A stretch of DNA of 64,000 nt from Mobula hypostoma (lineage: Eukaryota), in contig NC_086109.1 of the NCBI RefSeq assembly GCF_963921235.1, positions 13,766,001 through 13,830,000 on the forward strand. Reading direction: 5' to 3'. A program made the translations under genes and the position numbers. Below, in pieces: positions 62,978 through 64,000 of the stretch. The notes under the pieces are model-generated. The model was not told the origin of the DNA. It saw only the letters and a program-made list of their open reading frames with translations, and ran no database searches. Each line of letters begins with the position of its first letter. The stretch's first letter is position 1.

Positions 62978-63375
62978 CAAAGTTTAAAGTAAATTTATTA
63001 TCAAAGGACGGATGTTACCATTTACTACCTTGAGATTCTTTTTTTTTTCCTGGGCACTTACAGGGAAAAATACAACAGAATTTACAGAAAACTATCCATA
63101 AACAAAGATTTACAAACACCAATGTACAAAAGAAGACAAGCTGTGAAAATAAGTAATAATACCAAGATCACGAGATGTAAAGAGTCCTTGAAAATGAGTC
63201 TGCAGGTCGTAGAATCAGTTCAGAGTAATGGTGATTGAAATTATCCACTCAGGTTCTGGAGCCTGATGATTGAAGGATAATAATTGTTCCTGAACCTGGT
63301 GATGTGGAATCTAAGGCTTCTGTACTTCCTAACTGATGGCGGTAACGAGGAGAGGGCATAGCCTAGATGGCGGCC
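62978..63375 (-). mobile_element. Rex1-type LINE 3' end
   Basis: aaagtttaaagtaaatttattatcaaag tail; ttcctgaacctgg motif. Confidence 0.7.
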
Positions 63376-64000
63376 TGGATGGCTCTCTCTTTCCTTCTCA
63401 CTCCCTCTTTCCTCTCAGCTTCTCTATCTCATCTCTTCTTCCCTTTGCAACTCCCCAACCCCCGCCCCGCCCCGTAAGAAGTTTGTGCATTCTCCTCGTG
63501 ACCGTGCAAATCTCTTCCTGGTGCTCTGGTTTCCTCCCACATTCCAAGATGTACAGGTTAGTAGGTTAATTGGTCACATGGGTCATTGTATCTCAAAATA
63601 AATAAATAAATAAAGTCCGACTAACCTGACTAGGCCGTTTTCAGCTGATATGGCCGAGAAGCCTCTTTCTACTTTACAAATTCCAATGATGTGATAGAAT
63701 TGTGTATTGAATCAGCTGATAGTAAATGGTGTATCATGGCTTATACTTCCTGTCTTCAGAACCTAAGTTCATAAACCTTCTGGGCTACTTCAGAATCAGA
63801 ATTAGAATCAGAATCATTGGCCTATGTCGTGAAATTTGTAAACTTGTTAAATATTTTGCATTAGAATCTCAGTAAATCTATGCTGCAGTGGGTACAGGTT
63901 AATAATGACCTATAGTCACCATAGATTAATTTGTAAATTGGTTTATTGCCAACGTTTGTGACAGCTTCCAGATAGTCAAAAAGCTAAGAAATCTGACCAA

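Overview
This is repeat-saturated eukaryotic non-coding DNA, intronic or intergenic. The repeat families present (HE1/V-SINE, Deu-domain SINE fossils, CR1, Rex1/Babar-type LINEs, Penelope-like elements) point to a cartilaginous fish, probably a ray; that assignment is inference. I found no host protein-coding gene, tRNA or rRNA gene, or CRISPR array. Every ORF with a recognisable protein motif is a broken transposon gene: RT/APE endonuclease, GIY-YIG, Tc1, mariner or Chapaev3 transposase. The long low-complexity ORFs are microsatellite artefacts. The most notable signals are: (1) Penelope-derived palindromic mini-elements carrying minimal type-I hammerhead ribozyme motifs, one with an intact core at 20722-20759; (2) a unique-sequence array of about 10 Sox/TCF-type CAA cores spaced about 15 bp apart at 54529-54665; (3) a fold-back mariner MITE with five TIR copies; (4) module-swapped tRNA-SINEs; (5) a four-level nested insertion around a Chapaev3 fossil; (6) two candidate minus-strand exons near 61-62.4 kb. 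Family names come from motif recognition, not database searches. Boundaries without a stated TSD are approximate.
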